From positions 1,550,001 to 1,614,000 of the forward strand of contig NW_027117342.1 in the NCBI RefSeq assembly GCF_038025025.1: a DNA stretch of 64,000 bases, written 5' to 3'. Source of the DNA: Phyllosticta citribraziliensis (taxonomy: Eukaryota). Of this stretch, positions 52,244 through 64,000 are shown piece after piece. Position 1 is the stretch's first letter; the number at the start of each line of letters is the position of its first letter. Both the position numbers and the translations under genes were made by a program. The notes under the pieces were generated by a model. The model ran no database searches, was not told where the DNA came from, and was given only the letters and a program-made list of their open reading frames with translations.

Positions 52244-53270
52244 GACCAATGAATCACCAGATCGCAGGAACTTCAACGTAGTGCCCCAGTTCTGGACCCA
52301 ACCTAAACTCGGACGCTGAGGCCAAGAGCCAGTCGACGGGACGGCCCGCTTCAAGAAGACAAGGAGGGAAAAAGAAACACCTGTTAGTGCTCTGTGCGTA
52401 GAGATTTCATCCAACGCATGATTAGACTAGACCTTGACTCCGGACGAGTGTCAAACAAAGGGAACGGCGAATGAGCTCTATTATGAGTAGATGCTGGTCG
52501 GGAGGCTTTGGGATGAACGGACCGACCGTCCGGGCATGCGGTCCGAGTTGCCATGGCAAGGACGAAAAATAGGACCGGGTGTTTTGCAATGAAAAGACAC
52601 CACTCACCATTGTCCCCTTGCCCGAGTCATCAATGAGCCAGCAGGTCGAGGGCTTAGCGAAAGCACTGACCCACGTTCACGACGCCCTCGTCACTCTCGA
52701 CTGGCATCTTATTCATCCGCTCCATGCCACAAATGTTCCTATGACAGGCTGACAGAGGAGAAACCCTCCGAACATGATTGGATTCTCCTTCAATCTCGGC
52801 GTAGGTCTCTTGCATCCGTTTACCAAGACAATTGCCGGCTGTTGCAGCCTCGACCGCTTGGACGCCCTGTTTCACCGACAGTACGCGACCGACGATCATG
52901 TCAATATGTGCCTTTGCTGCGTCCAGAAGAAACGCGACAGCCGAGAGGCGCTGCTCCAAACGTCTCCAAATGACCATTCCTCCGTCACCTGCTACTTCTG
53001 ACTGTTGAAGCTTCTATTTCTTACTGATTTGTGCTTCTTATAGGGCTGCGTGGTCCGATTCCCTCCTTTTCAACGGTCAACAATGTTTCATCGTCACATC
53101 CGTCTCCTGTCGGAGGACCGTGGGGCAGCTTTATTCACTCTCCTTATGTGGCTGCCTCAAGTATATACACTTCGCAGCGTTCCAACCTGAACCTCATCGT
53201 CACTCGGCACTGGCTGCTAACTTGCTACACTCTTTAATTCTTTCACACCATCCTTCCTTGGTCCCTCAGT

Positions 53271-54090
53271 ATGCGTGCTGCTATTGCCCTCGCTATCCCC
53301 ACTTTGGCGGCCGCCTTGCCGTACAACCCGTTAAGGAGCCTCTTTAAGCGCGAGGACAGCTGGGGCGGTGCCGTGTCTCTCGGACCAACTACTTCCACCA
53401 TCAAGCATGCGGTCACTACCATTTTGCCCGGAACTCCACCCTCGTCCCAGGCCGGCGAGCTCTTCCTCTGGCCAGGAATGAGCAACGGCACTGGTGACCT
53501 TGTCCAGACCACCCTTGAGCAGTGGTCTAGTGGCAACTCTTGGTGCGGTGCTTCCAGCGACCAGTGGTGCGTCCGCGCCTCTCTGTTTGGCAGCTTCGGT
53601 CAGAAGGACGGCAACGCCTCCGCAGTCAGCGGTGACCAGAAGGTCAAGATTGAGTACGTCCTCGAGGACGACAACGACACCTGGACTCAGTAAGTTGAAT
53701 TCATCCATGAACATGCGCCCAAAGCTTACACACGGTAGGCTCGTCACCGACGCCGACACTGGCGAGCAGCTGTCAACTTTCTCCTACAAATCAGGTCCTT
53801 ACATGACCGGCTACGGCACGGGCACTGAGTGCGACGACTCCTGCACTCCCACCGTCTCGGATCAATGTGAGTTTCTGAACTACCATCGCTGTGTCTCTCT
53901 GACTTGCTCTTCAGACTACTACAACACCACCCTGACGCTGGCTTCCGCCGACACTGCTTTTGGTGACACAATTGCCACCTCTGGCACTGCTTCGTACAAG
54001 GGACTTGCCTCCTCCGAGGGCGGCGCCGTCTGGACTATTGACGAGATCTACATTCCCGCTGGAAAGGCTTCCAAGAGAGGTCTTTTGTAA
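53271..54090 (+). CDS. Uncharacterised secreted protein, 3 exons (53271-53689, 53739-53866, 53915-54090)
   Basis: Signal peptide MRAAIALAIPTLAAA, KR (Kex2-like) site, LFLWPGMSNGTGDLVQT, GYGTGTEC; canonical introns keep the frame; biased codon usage. Confidence 0.8.
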
Positions 54091-54755
54091 ACATCAATCC
54101 ACGTCGACAACATAATGGAAAAGAGCTGGACACTCCTGTAAATAAAATCAAATAGCACGCTCACAGAAATGCAGATCAATACTGCAGAGATGGAATCGTT
54201 GGTGGATGCCCGGGTAAGATTAAGTGGGAGCATTTAACATTCTTGTCTCTCTGAAAGATTGAGCGCCCGTTCTTGAGACCGCATGCAAAGACTCTATGCT
54301 TCGAAATTTACTTTGGCCAACGGAACGCCTAACTTAGAGCTAGCCTAAATGGGAAGGCAACCTCGATATCCGTTAATCCTCAGAAACATGACCACCATCC
54401 AAGGATGGCTTGAGTGGTAGTAAGGTTTGGGCACATCAAGACTTCACCATCGAAGAATGTGCCGTCTGGAGGAAGATGTGTCCCGACGAAAGATAAAATA
54501 CATGGTCAAGAGCACGACGCGGATGCCGACGCTGTTAAGCGCGTATATCCGAGGCGGTTTGGCGATTTGCCGAAAAGGGGCAAGCACCTTCCACAGCGGG
54601 GTTGGTGGGGCGCGCCAGCCGTGCATGTTATGGTGACATCAGAGAGCCTGCTATTTCTAACGACGTCCATCTTCGACCAACGTCTTCCATTTTCTCCAAA
54701 GCAAACAACCTCTTGAATCGACACCCAAACGAACTTTGAAACCAATTGATTGAAT

Positions 54756-55955
54756 ATGGCTCCCTCAGTCTTCATGTAAGTACACCATCAATGCGTCTTT
54801 GATCACGAGATCTGGCGTCTCCTAATAGCTCTTCCTAGCACTGGCGCCACCGGCTACATTGGAGGCGATGCGCTCTACGCTGTCCATTCCAAGCACCCAG
54901 ACTGGTCGTATGCGGCCTTGGTGCGCGACAAGGCCAAGGGCGAGCAGGTCAAGGCCAAATATCCCAACGTCAGAATCGTTCTTGGTGGTTTGGACGATTT
55001 TGACCTCATCAAAGAGGAGGCCTCGAAAGCCGACATCGTGATCCGTAAGTCGCGTGCGCGGATGAAATTGTGGCAGAAGCTAACAGCGAGATAGACACGG
55101 CAGACGCGTCCGACCACGAGGGCGCAGCCAAGGCCATTGCGGAGGGTCTTGGTAGCCACTCGAAGGAGCGTCCAGGTTACTGGCTGCACACTGGCGGAAC
55201 GGGCATCCTGACTTTTTCGGACTCGGACGCTGAGCGCTATGGCGAATACGACCCCAAGGTCTACAACGACTTGGAGGGCCAACACGAGCTCACCAGCCTC
55301 CCCGATCACGCGTTCCACCGCAACGTCGACAAGGTCGTTCTTAAAGCGGGCACAAAGCACTCTGATGTCGTCAAGTCGGTCATCATCTGCCCGCCCTGTA
55401 TCTACGGTAAGCAATATCCTCAACGCAAGATACGCGGGAAGGCAGCTAACAGGTAATCCAGGCCCCGGACGTGGCCCCGTCTGGCAGCGCAGCCGCCAAC
55501 TGCCCACACTCGCGCAAAAGACCCTCGAGCTCAAGAAGGCACCGATCATTGGAGCAGGCAAAGCCATCTGGAACAACGTGCACGTGCACGACCTCGGCGA
55601 CCTGTTTACGCTCTACGCCGAAGCAGCGGCGGCTCACAACCACGACGCTGAGCTGTGGGGCCCCAAGGGCTATGTCCTTGCCGAGAATGGCGAGCACGCG
55701 TGGGGCGACGCGGCCAAGGCGGCTGCCGAGGCAGCGGCCAAGGCTGGCTACATTCCCGCTCCCGAGACCACCAACATGTCTAAGGAGGAGGCGTGGGAAG
55801 TGGCTGATTTCCAGGCCCTTAGTTGGGGTATGAACTCGCGCGGCAAGGCTTTCAGGGCCAAGAAGTTTCTGGGGTGGCAGCCGAAGGCGCCGAGCATTTG
55901 GGAGGAGATTCCGGAGCTGGTGAAGCGCGAGTGGGAGGCGCTGCAGCAAAATTAA
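54756..55955 (+). CDS. NAD(P)-binding Rossmann protein (NAD-dependent epimerase/NmrA-like), 4 exons
   Basis: MAPSVFI|TGATGYIGGD; YWLHTGGTGIL; HAFHRNVD; IICPPCIYG; WNNVHVHDL; KFLGWQP. Confidence 0.88.
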
Positions 55956-58950
55956 GTGCCTGCGGGCACGTTTGTGGTCTCGAAGGCGATTCAAGGCCAC
56001 TTTTCCATAGGAATTCTGAGGGTAACGTCTGATCGCAATCAATGAATGCTACAAGTGCTCCAGATTTCCTGCTTACCGCATCACTCTCAAGCCAGCAAGT
56101 GCCACTGGACTTCCTGTTGCTTCGAAGCCTCTGTCGTGATCTGCAGTCTCGGCCCTGTCTGCAGAGTCTGTTCCCATTCGCGAACCAAGTCATACACTAT
56201 CAGCGTCTGGGTACGTTGCAGCAAGTGGATATTCCAGGGTGGCCTTGACTGCTGTCACAGTTAGCATGTGACTGATGGGTTGTCCACCGGTACCTTGCCA
56301 TACCGGTCTTGAGTGCGCCTTCCCGCTCTTCTGCTCGTCCCCTGATGTAATCCAGGCAAGCAACTGAACCTCAGCGAGGTAATGTAGTATCCTAGTCCGC
56401 AAAGCGCAGCATTGAAAAGTCGCCCAATGCCGTATTTATCCGCCCTACCGCCTCTGCTCTCTCCACCACATGAAGACAGAAATGACAAGCAAGAGCGCCA
56501 GAACGCAGCCGACGCGCGCGGCCATGCAGATGAGCGTGTGCTTGACATCGTCTGGAATGCCATGGTGGTTGAGCGGCGTCAGACTGGCTGAATCAGGAGA
56601 GACCTGCGCATGCGCGTATTGGATGATGTACATGGATGACGTATGGTGGCGTGCATACGCATGAAGCGAGATAGTGATGGGTTGATTGGTGACTAGTTGG
56701 AGGAGCAAGAGGCTCGGTCAGGCATGGTGGGTGCATGCATATGCGAGTGCCCATATGTATGTAAATTTCTGCAGCGCAACGGGTCATCTCATCAAGCACA
56801 GGGGCGTTTCTTGGCCACCGGAGGCAGACAAGCCATTTCGATTTCTCGTGTGTTTTCTCATTGACCATCCGCACTCCTTGCTTTCGCAAATGGCCGTGTT
56901 GACCTGGGTTTCTTCTTGGCTGTGTCCGTTTCTGCGCTTGGCTGTGCGACAGCATCAGCCATTTGGGAGATTCTTCAGGGTCCGGCCCTGCGTTGGATGC
57001 GCGTAGGGATGTGAAGATGTCTTGCCATCTTTCCACTGTCGCTTCTGTGGAATGAAATTCTGCATGGGATCGTGGGCTGGGGAGACTTGAGCTTAGTATT
57101 GGTTGTCTTGCTTCGATTCTCGTCGGCATTGGTCTGTCGCTTTTGATTTATTTTCTTGCCAGAAACTGGTAATCGACCACCGCGGAACGGATGCCAGGAG
57201 TCAGGAACCCTTTGCATGAAAGTTCCTGCGACGAAATCTGGGCGGTCCGGATTCCTGTCAATCATGTCTTAGCAAAGGCAGAAGAAAAGGCGTAGTATCG
57301 ACGACATTCTGCAAAGCTGGCACTTCGAAATGCGCATCTCGAAGAAACAGTCCATAGACACAACCAAGGCCGCAGTTGACAAACAGACAGCGGATCGCTC
57401 TGATGGAGGAACGGCATCCAACAATGAATGAACTTTTCAACATCCTTTCTCGGTGACTTGCGCAAGAGAAGAGGTACAACTGCGATCCTGCGGGAGTAAC
57501 CTTTAATGCGGCGCATGAATACCAAAAAGGCAGTTCGAGCGGCAGAGACCGTGCAGAAGCATCGAAGCAATTTACCCATGGTTGGCGCGACAACAGTACA
57601 GCAGGGATAGACCTTGGTAAAGTCGCTCGCCCATCTCATCAACCACGGTAGAGTCGGTCGTTTTGTTGTTCAAGTTAGCGGAGGAAAAGCTCTACGTCAT
57701 AAGAAAGCGAAATTGCGTCTCTCGGAATAGCTTCTTTCCACGCACCACTGTTCCAGCAAAGGGTTTTTGGGGCCAAACAAAATGCAAGAGGAGTAGCCGC
57801 AAAATCACACCAGTCTGGACGCAGGATTAGTGTAGCTTCATTTGTGAGGTCTTCAGATATCCTAGTGCGTACGCTGGCTTGCATTAAAAGGCTAGCATCA
57901 TGATTGCTGATTGGCCCGCTTGGGATTCTGTGCTCTGCAACGGGAAGTTTTGTCGAATTTGCGGCAGAATGCAGGTACCGCGGGCCTTTTGGATCCGTGT
58001 AGTTGCAAAAGTGAATTTTATTTTTGGAGGGCGCTCCCTCGAGTGCATGTGGTCGAGACATTGAGAGTCCCAGCCAGTGTGCCCGGCGGTAGAACAGGAC
58101 GGTTTCATGACACGGACTGTGGTGATGCACAAGCATTGCATGGAACTACAGCGATAGAGCAGCATCGGTCGCATGTTCATCGGCGGCGCAGAGTAAGGGT
58201 CTGGAATGGTGAAGGGTTGCCGTTGAAAAGCTGGACGGGGGAACGTGGTTGTCGAGGACGCTGAATGACGGGCCAGGTCTAGCCCGGGACAGGCGCGAAC
58301 GGAGAAGACGAGACAAAGTTGAGGTTGTGTGATTGTCTGATGTGAAACGGGCACAGCAGGACTGGAAGATTGTCTTGCCGATCATGCTGCGTTCGACTGT
58401 CTGGCAGCGGGAGTGAGTGGTAAAGGTGAAAGCTGGATCTTGCAGTGGTGAAGCTGAGGAAATGCGAGAAACGAAACAAAGTGTGAGAAACGACGGCCGT
58501 TATCCCTGCGTCTGACGTGGTGGATGCTTGCTCTGGAGTGGTGATGCTTGCTGTCGCCCGCGTTCCGTGTCGGCGGCCGCCAGTTGATAATTCGCTGAAT
58601 CCGATCGCCAAGCTGAGCGCATCGCTCAACAACACCTGCAACACCACCGCTCGCTCTCAGGAGTCGCAACCTCCTCGCCCATCACCACTCTCTCACAGTC
58701 GACAGGACGCGCCTGATCCCCCGATTCTTCTCCGTCGCTCCCTCAACCTCGCCCACGCCGTTTCCTGGCCCTGAAACTTCCTCCAAACGCACTTAAACGC
58801 TCCCGCGCTCCGTCTTGGGCCCTCCAGCTTGGACGCCTCTTGCACCCCGCCAACAAGCCACATACCCAGGGGAACACCTGCCAGCTCGGCTTCGTCAATC
58901 TTCGTCTTTGACTGAAGCCGCCGTGACACCACCTCCGGTCGCAGCCGCAA

Positions 58951-60212
58951 ATGTCTGCCGTTGACCACGACCGCCCGGCCACGCCGACTTCTGCGCACTC
59001 CCGCCGACGCACCTCCAGCATTGACTTTAACCGCTCTCCCCAGAGCCGCCGCTCTTCGGCTGCATACTCTCCCGTCGCGACCAGGCCCCCTCATGGCCTG
59101 CACACCGCTACGAGCTACTCTGAGCTCAACGGAGACGCCGACGACTCCTTTACCCACAATGACGGCGGCGAACTGGGCAACCTCGCCGATGAGCTAGCCG
59201 ACGCCGAAGAGGATGATTACGACGAGGGCGAGACTGAATTGGTTGATGGGGACGCGTCCCTGAACAACCACTCCGAGAATCAGCAGCAACCAGGCCCCCC
59301 AAACGGCCACGTACGTGAGCTTTCTCGCGAAAGCGCAGCCCTACTTTCACCCGCGACTGTGACCATGAGCCCAGTCAAATCGCTGGCAGGCTCGAAACAT
59401 CGCCGCAACCGCTCCCGCTACGATGGGTCGGATTACGGAAGTGAGAGTGACTTGGAAGCCAGCGATGGCATTTCCGCTGGGCTAGAGGCAAGGATGGCTG
59501 CAATCGAAAGTCTTGCGCGCCGAGGCACGGAAAACAACGGCAGCTCGACAGACGGCGTGATGCTGCGCGTAACGGAGCAACTTCGCGATCTCGGCACCCA
59601 AGCAGGTGTCGAGAGCGCCGCCACGAGGTACGGATTACTCTCTGAAAATATCTCGAGTCTTTGTCTATTGTGGTATACTAACGCGCGCAACCGTGTAGGC
59701 TAATTACTGCTCACACCGCACTCAATTCGCACCTTACGCACCAGACGCGAATCCTTACCTCCCTCACCTCATCCCTTTGCTCGCCCCTCGCTCCGCTTCC
59801 TTCGCCCGAAACGATCGACGCGCTGCTCCCATTACTCGCCGATACAATCTCTTCGGTCCCCAATGCGCCTATGAAACCACTCCACCAACTCACAAACCTT
59901 TCGAACCAGACCCACGATCTCCTCGACTCGCTCAGTTTCCTGGCTGATAGTCTCCACATGGGACGGCAGACATCCAACCTTGCGCAGAGGCGACTGAAAC
60001 TGGTGCGCGAGGCCATGGGCGAATGGAAGAGAGAAAACGAGCTCAGGGAAGAGGGTATTCGGTGGATTGAGCGCGGCAACTGGGACGCGCGGTTGAAGGA
60101 GCGTCGCGTTGCAGTAGTCTGCAAGGACGTTGTAGGCGGATTCGAAGAGATTTGCAACGGCTGGAGAGAACGACTGGTGGCCGTGGGCAATGAGGAAGTG
60201 CCGACTGCGTAA
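58951..60212 (+). CDS. Hypothetical protein with disordered N-terminus and helical C-terminus, 2 exons (intron 59628-59698)
   Basis: GNLADELADA, YDGSDYGSESD, LRDLGTQAGVESAATR|LITAHTAL, and IERGNWDARLKERR...CKDVVGGFEEIC; the canonical intron joins two long ORFs in frame. Confidence 0.78.
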
Positions 60213-62436
60213 GCTGTAATCAAGAGGTGGATGTTCTTTTGCTTGGATTTCTGGAACAGGCATCGACTTGGCGCCAGGGTCAAAATTGAAATGTCAAAAG
60301 AAGGATATGGCAGCTTTCCAGGAGCTTCGACTGCAAGATTGGAGAATATCCGGAACCGCAAATGATGCGAGTGCGAGTCGGAGACTATCACCACAGCAGC
60401 TCCGCAATCTCACGAGGACAAACACCAGATCGCAGAGAAGGACAGGCGCTTGAAGAGGCACGGATAGAATGACCCGGGTCCTGTGACAACACCACGTCCA
60501 TACGAGCCCCTCCTGTTCATGGACATATCGTCACATTGGCATTTTCTTTCCCTCTTCGTTTTGATCGACGACCCGACATAGATCCCCCTGACACACACCT
60601 GTACTTATTCTCGTTTTTGTTTTTCCTTCTCTACGTACTGCGGCCATGGCTACAGGACGCATGAATCTTTACGGACAGACGGATGACTGGTTGGTTGGTT
60701 GGCTGGTTGGATGGGCAGAGAACGGAAGGAGACCGGACCAGACCGGGAAGCACTTCTGCTTGTTCCTATTATGTAGACTTAAACTGACACCCCCCTACAT
60801 GGCTTTCTTCTTATCTATAGTTTCAATGCCTCTTCTTCAAGGGTTTCTCGTTTGTCTTGACTCCATTTTCACTGAGAGTAGATGCCCCAGAGTTTGCTTC
60901 TCCTCGTTCGCCTTATTCGTTTCTACCTCCTGACCGCTTCGTGGCAGTGGCGGTTCGTGAGCGGGTTGCCTGCGCCACACCACCAACGGATGAGCGAACG
61001 CTCCATATGTGCCATTTAATACCACACCCGCATGGCGGACGCTGATGTGCCGAGGCAACTGTCTACCGACCTCTAGACACTAGTCCGTAGAATATTTCTT
61101 TTACAAAATTCACTCTCCAGTGACCAACTTACGTACGGACGGCCGTTGCCGACTTGCCGGGCGACATGGTTGACTGTGGTGTGGTGAGGTGACCTTTGAA
61201 TGAACGGACGCCCGCCAGAAAAGGGACTCGCATGGATGCGCCTATTTCCGGCATGCCAGTCTGTCAGTGCGAGCAAGCAGGCGCTGCTAAAAGTGCTGCA
61301 GTGCGCCTGAGGACCGCGGATCATTGGACTTGGCGGCACTCCTGGTGGTTGACGAGCTGCCTCATTTTTCGCTTCACAGCAGTCGATAAGAACGTTGTCA
61401 GGCCGCAAGCCTCTCGCGTGTTGCTCGCCTCGCCTTGTCTCCCGTCCTTCGGCCCAGCCCAGCCCATATGGAACATCTGCTTGCGAGCTTGACGTCACGA
61501 AACAGGAAGGTCGGCTGCTAAGAAGCGCGCAAATCGCGGCAGCGCAGGGTGTGGCGGTGATGGTTCCCGGAAGGCGACGCCGATAGCCGCGCTGGTGGAC
61601 GCGGTGGGTACGCGGCGCGAGCGTCGGCCTGAGCGTGCGGTCTTTCTTCACGGGTGCTGGCCAGGCGAGGTACCGGCCGAGAGGTACCGCTACGTCGAAA
61701 GTGGGTTCTGGAAGCCTCGGGGTTCGGCGGAGTGCAGAAAGTGATTGATCGCTTTGTCGCAGGTTGATTTGCTCCGGGACAGCTGCGTTTTCGTTGTCGT
61801 GGTCGTCGTGCTGTTGCTGTGCGGTGTGCTCAGTCTGACCTCAACGCTGCTCTGATCATTGCTATTGCCGGATGGCCGCGGGCGGCACGGCACAAAAAGA
61901 GATCGTCGACCACGGAGGACCGCTGGCCAGCTTGTGGCGGATTTACGTTAGCTCTTCTCTGAGAGGCTGCCTCCTCCGTCGACATGGTGTTGACAGACTA
62001 CAGTAGTAGGGGGCTTTACCGGAAGCTGGTACTCTTGTCAGGGGTTATTTTATCCGTGCCAGGGGTTCGAGTCATTGCGTGCAACGTGGATGGTTCAAGT
62101 TTCTGGTTGACTCCGCGGGGTACGACGATCTTACAGTGGCACGGAGTGGCGGTCTGAAATACGGGATGAAGCTGTGGATTGGGAGAGTAGGGAAAGAAGG
62201 CAGAATGAACGAAGTCTTCGAAGACGAGAAGTGAGTTGAAACTTTGAGACGTGCAATCCAAGGCGTAAGAAAGTCGTGAGAGTGGAAAGAATGAACGTGC
62301 TTGATACGATGATGCCATAATGCCGTAAAAAGATGGCTGCTGAGCTCGAAATTACAATCCTGGGTATGTTGCCGCCAAATGCCTACTCTTGCGCCCTTTC
62401 ATCCAAAATCCACGTCTTGACAAGCTCCCCATTCTC

Positions 62437-63044
62437 TTAAAGCTTAGCAACAGGCCCGAGGTTGACCTTGCCATGCTCACAGGTGTAGCAAATCTCTCCG
62501 CCGGATCCGTCAGCCTTCTCGGGATTCCACTTCCTCATAACGGCGCGGCAAAGGCCGAGTTTCTTGCCCAAAGAGGTGACCTCGCATTCGACGCGGGCAT
62601 ATTCGCCTTCGGGAATCGGCTTGAGGTAGGTGCAGTTGAGAGTACGGCTGACGGTACCCAACTCCCACCAGTTTTCCTTTGCTTGTGCGGTAATGGCAAA
62701 CGACGTGAGCATGTCGAAGATGGTTGCGACGGCACCGCCGTGCAGATTGTGGCCCGAATTTAGCAGCTCGGGGACCACCTTAAGCTTCCACGCGGCATGG
62801 CAGAGTGGCTTCGTCTTGTCCTTGGCATTCTTCTCGCGGACCTCGCACTCGACGAGCTCTATGCTCTTGATAACGGGAGTGTCCCAGAACTGCCGAGTTG
62901 TTGGTTCTTGCAAGTCCGGGGTTGTTACGGCGGGAGGCGCACCTTGTAGTCTGAACGTTCGTGGACATACTTCGTAAACTCCTGCGCGCGCTCGAACGGG
63001 GATTTGCTGACGTCGGTGTTAAAGCTTGAATCGTAGGCGGCCAT
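62437..63044 (-). CDS. PaaI/ACOT13-like hotdog-fold acyl-CoA thioesterase with PTS1 (-AKL), 2 exons (intron 62942-62890)
   Basis: LNSGHNLHGGAVATIFD, GTVSRTLNCTYLKP, CYTCEHGKV; ends PVAKL*. Confidence 0.88.
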
Positions 63045-63479
63045 GATGATGAAAGTTGTGCTGAACTAGTAGAGGAGAAGAAACGCCGCAGCGCCAGTTT
63101 ATTTAAATCGTACCTCATTTTTTTGGATTCGCCGTGAATACGCCGGACTCAGGGGGTGGATAGACAATGGCCGATAATGGAGCAGAGCGGTGCCGTAGAC
63201 CACAAGTTTTGGCCAGGCGACGCAGTGGTACGAGTCGCAATCGCAGGCTTCCCCACCAGGCGCCAGGGTGCCGAGGTGAAGGTTGGGTCGTCGGCCCGAT
63301 GCTCGCGTGGGCGTAACGCCACACCTAGGCCAGGCTAATCAGCCACAAAGCCACTCCGTCGTGGCTGGTGAGTCCCGTTTATCGATAAGCTGGACGTCAC
63401 GACGTCCGCCGGGCAGCTCGACAGCTTCTGGACCATCACAGCTCCACATCCTCCGCATCCTCTCTCCACTCTTAGCGCC

Positions 63480-64000
63480 ATGGCTCCAAACGTCGAGGAC
63501 TCGCCATTCTTCAAGGATGCGAAGGCCCAGGGACGAGCCATCACAAGAGGTCAGTCGTTTCGCTGTCGCACGAGCACGCCGCTCAGTGTCACCACTCTAA
63601 CGCTTGCCTCTAGACCCTCCCAAATTCGACTTTGAATCGTACATAGCCAACTATGAAGGTATGCACTCTCGATGTCAATTCATTTGCATTCCTGGCTGAC
63701 AATTTTCCTGTTACAATAGGCCGTACTCGTCTTGAGCGCCTCCACCACATCGGCATTACCTCTACCTACCTCTCGACCGACGCTCTGCGCACCGCCATTA
63801 CCGAAGCCAAACAGGGCAAGGACGTAGAGGTGTACAACACGCTCACTGACCGCTTGCACACGATTGATCCCGATGATCCTCTCAGCGTACCAGACACTGC
63901 CTGGTTGGAGCGCAAAACCAAGGAAGTCAAGGCAGAAATGGAAAGTCTGGAACAGCAGCTCAAGCAATACAAGAACAATCTGATCAAGGAGAGCATACGG
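63480..64000 (+). CDS. CSN1: COP9 signalosome subunit 1, 5' part (runs off the window)
   Basis: PPKFDFESYIANYE|GRTRLERL and LEQQLKQYKNNLIKESIR are characteristic of the CSN1 N-terminus. Confidence 0.9.

Noticed and set aside
60213..62436. ORFs in the 60.2-62.4 kb and 1.8-3.3 kb intervals
   Set aside because: No domain motifs, codon bias or coherent splice structure; treated as intergenic or UTR.
1..64000. Transposons, RIP-like AT-rich blocks and TGA-CTA read-through peroxisomal extensions
   Set aside because: No transposase or RT ORFs, terminal repeats or AT-rich islands were seen, and the stop contexts I checked lack the read-through motif.

Overview
Gene-dense, intron-rich eukaryotic DNA from a filamentous ascomycete (Pezizomycotina; inferred from short GT/GC-AG introns with CTRAC-type branch points and the gene families present). 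About 25 protein-coding genes and one intron-containing tRNA-Gln(CTG) can be reconstructed. Most are housekeeping genes: Ecl1-like, EFM3, RPS24, SNX41, NiCoT nickel permease, CEM1, CBP3, PFS2, a DGAT1-type MBOAT, proline dehydrogenase, a MAPEG GST, an isochorismatase, a Cid1/CutA-like nucleotidyltransferase, KU70, a hotdog thioesterase and the 5' end of CSN1. The rest are accessory-type: a GH16/GT2 pair, a carboxylesterase, a HET-domain gene and a secreted protein. The most notable items are (1) an intact three-exon cytochrome c paralogue that keeps CxxCH but has Lys in place of the axial Met80 and a new Cys near the distal pocket, (2) a divergently transcribed membrane GH16 plus processive GT2 pair that looks like a two-gene glucan synthesis/remodelling unit, and (3) an uncharacterised flavin oxidoreductase with two ZafA-like zinc-response motifs upstream. 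Exon boundaries were read by eye, and family calls come from recalled motifs, not database searches.
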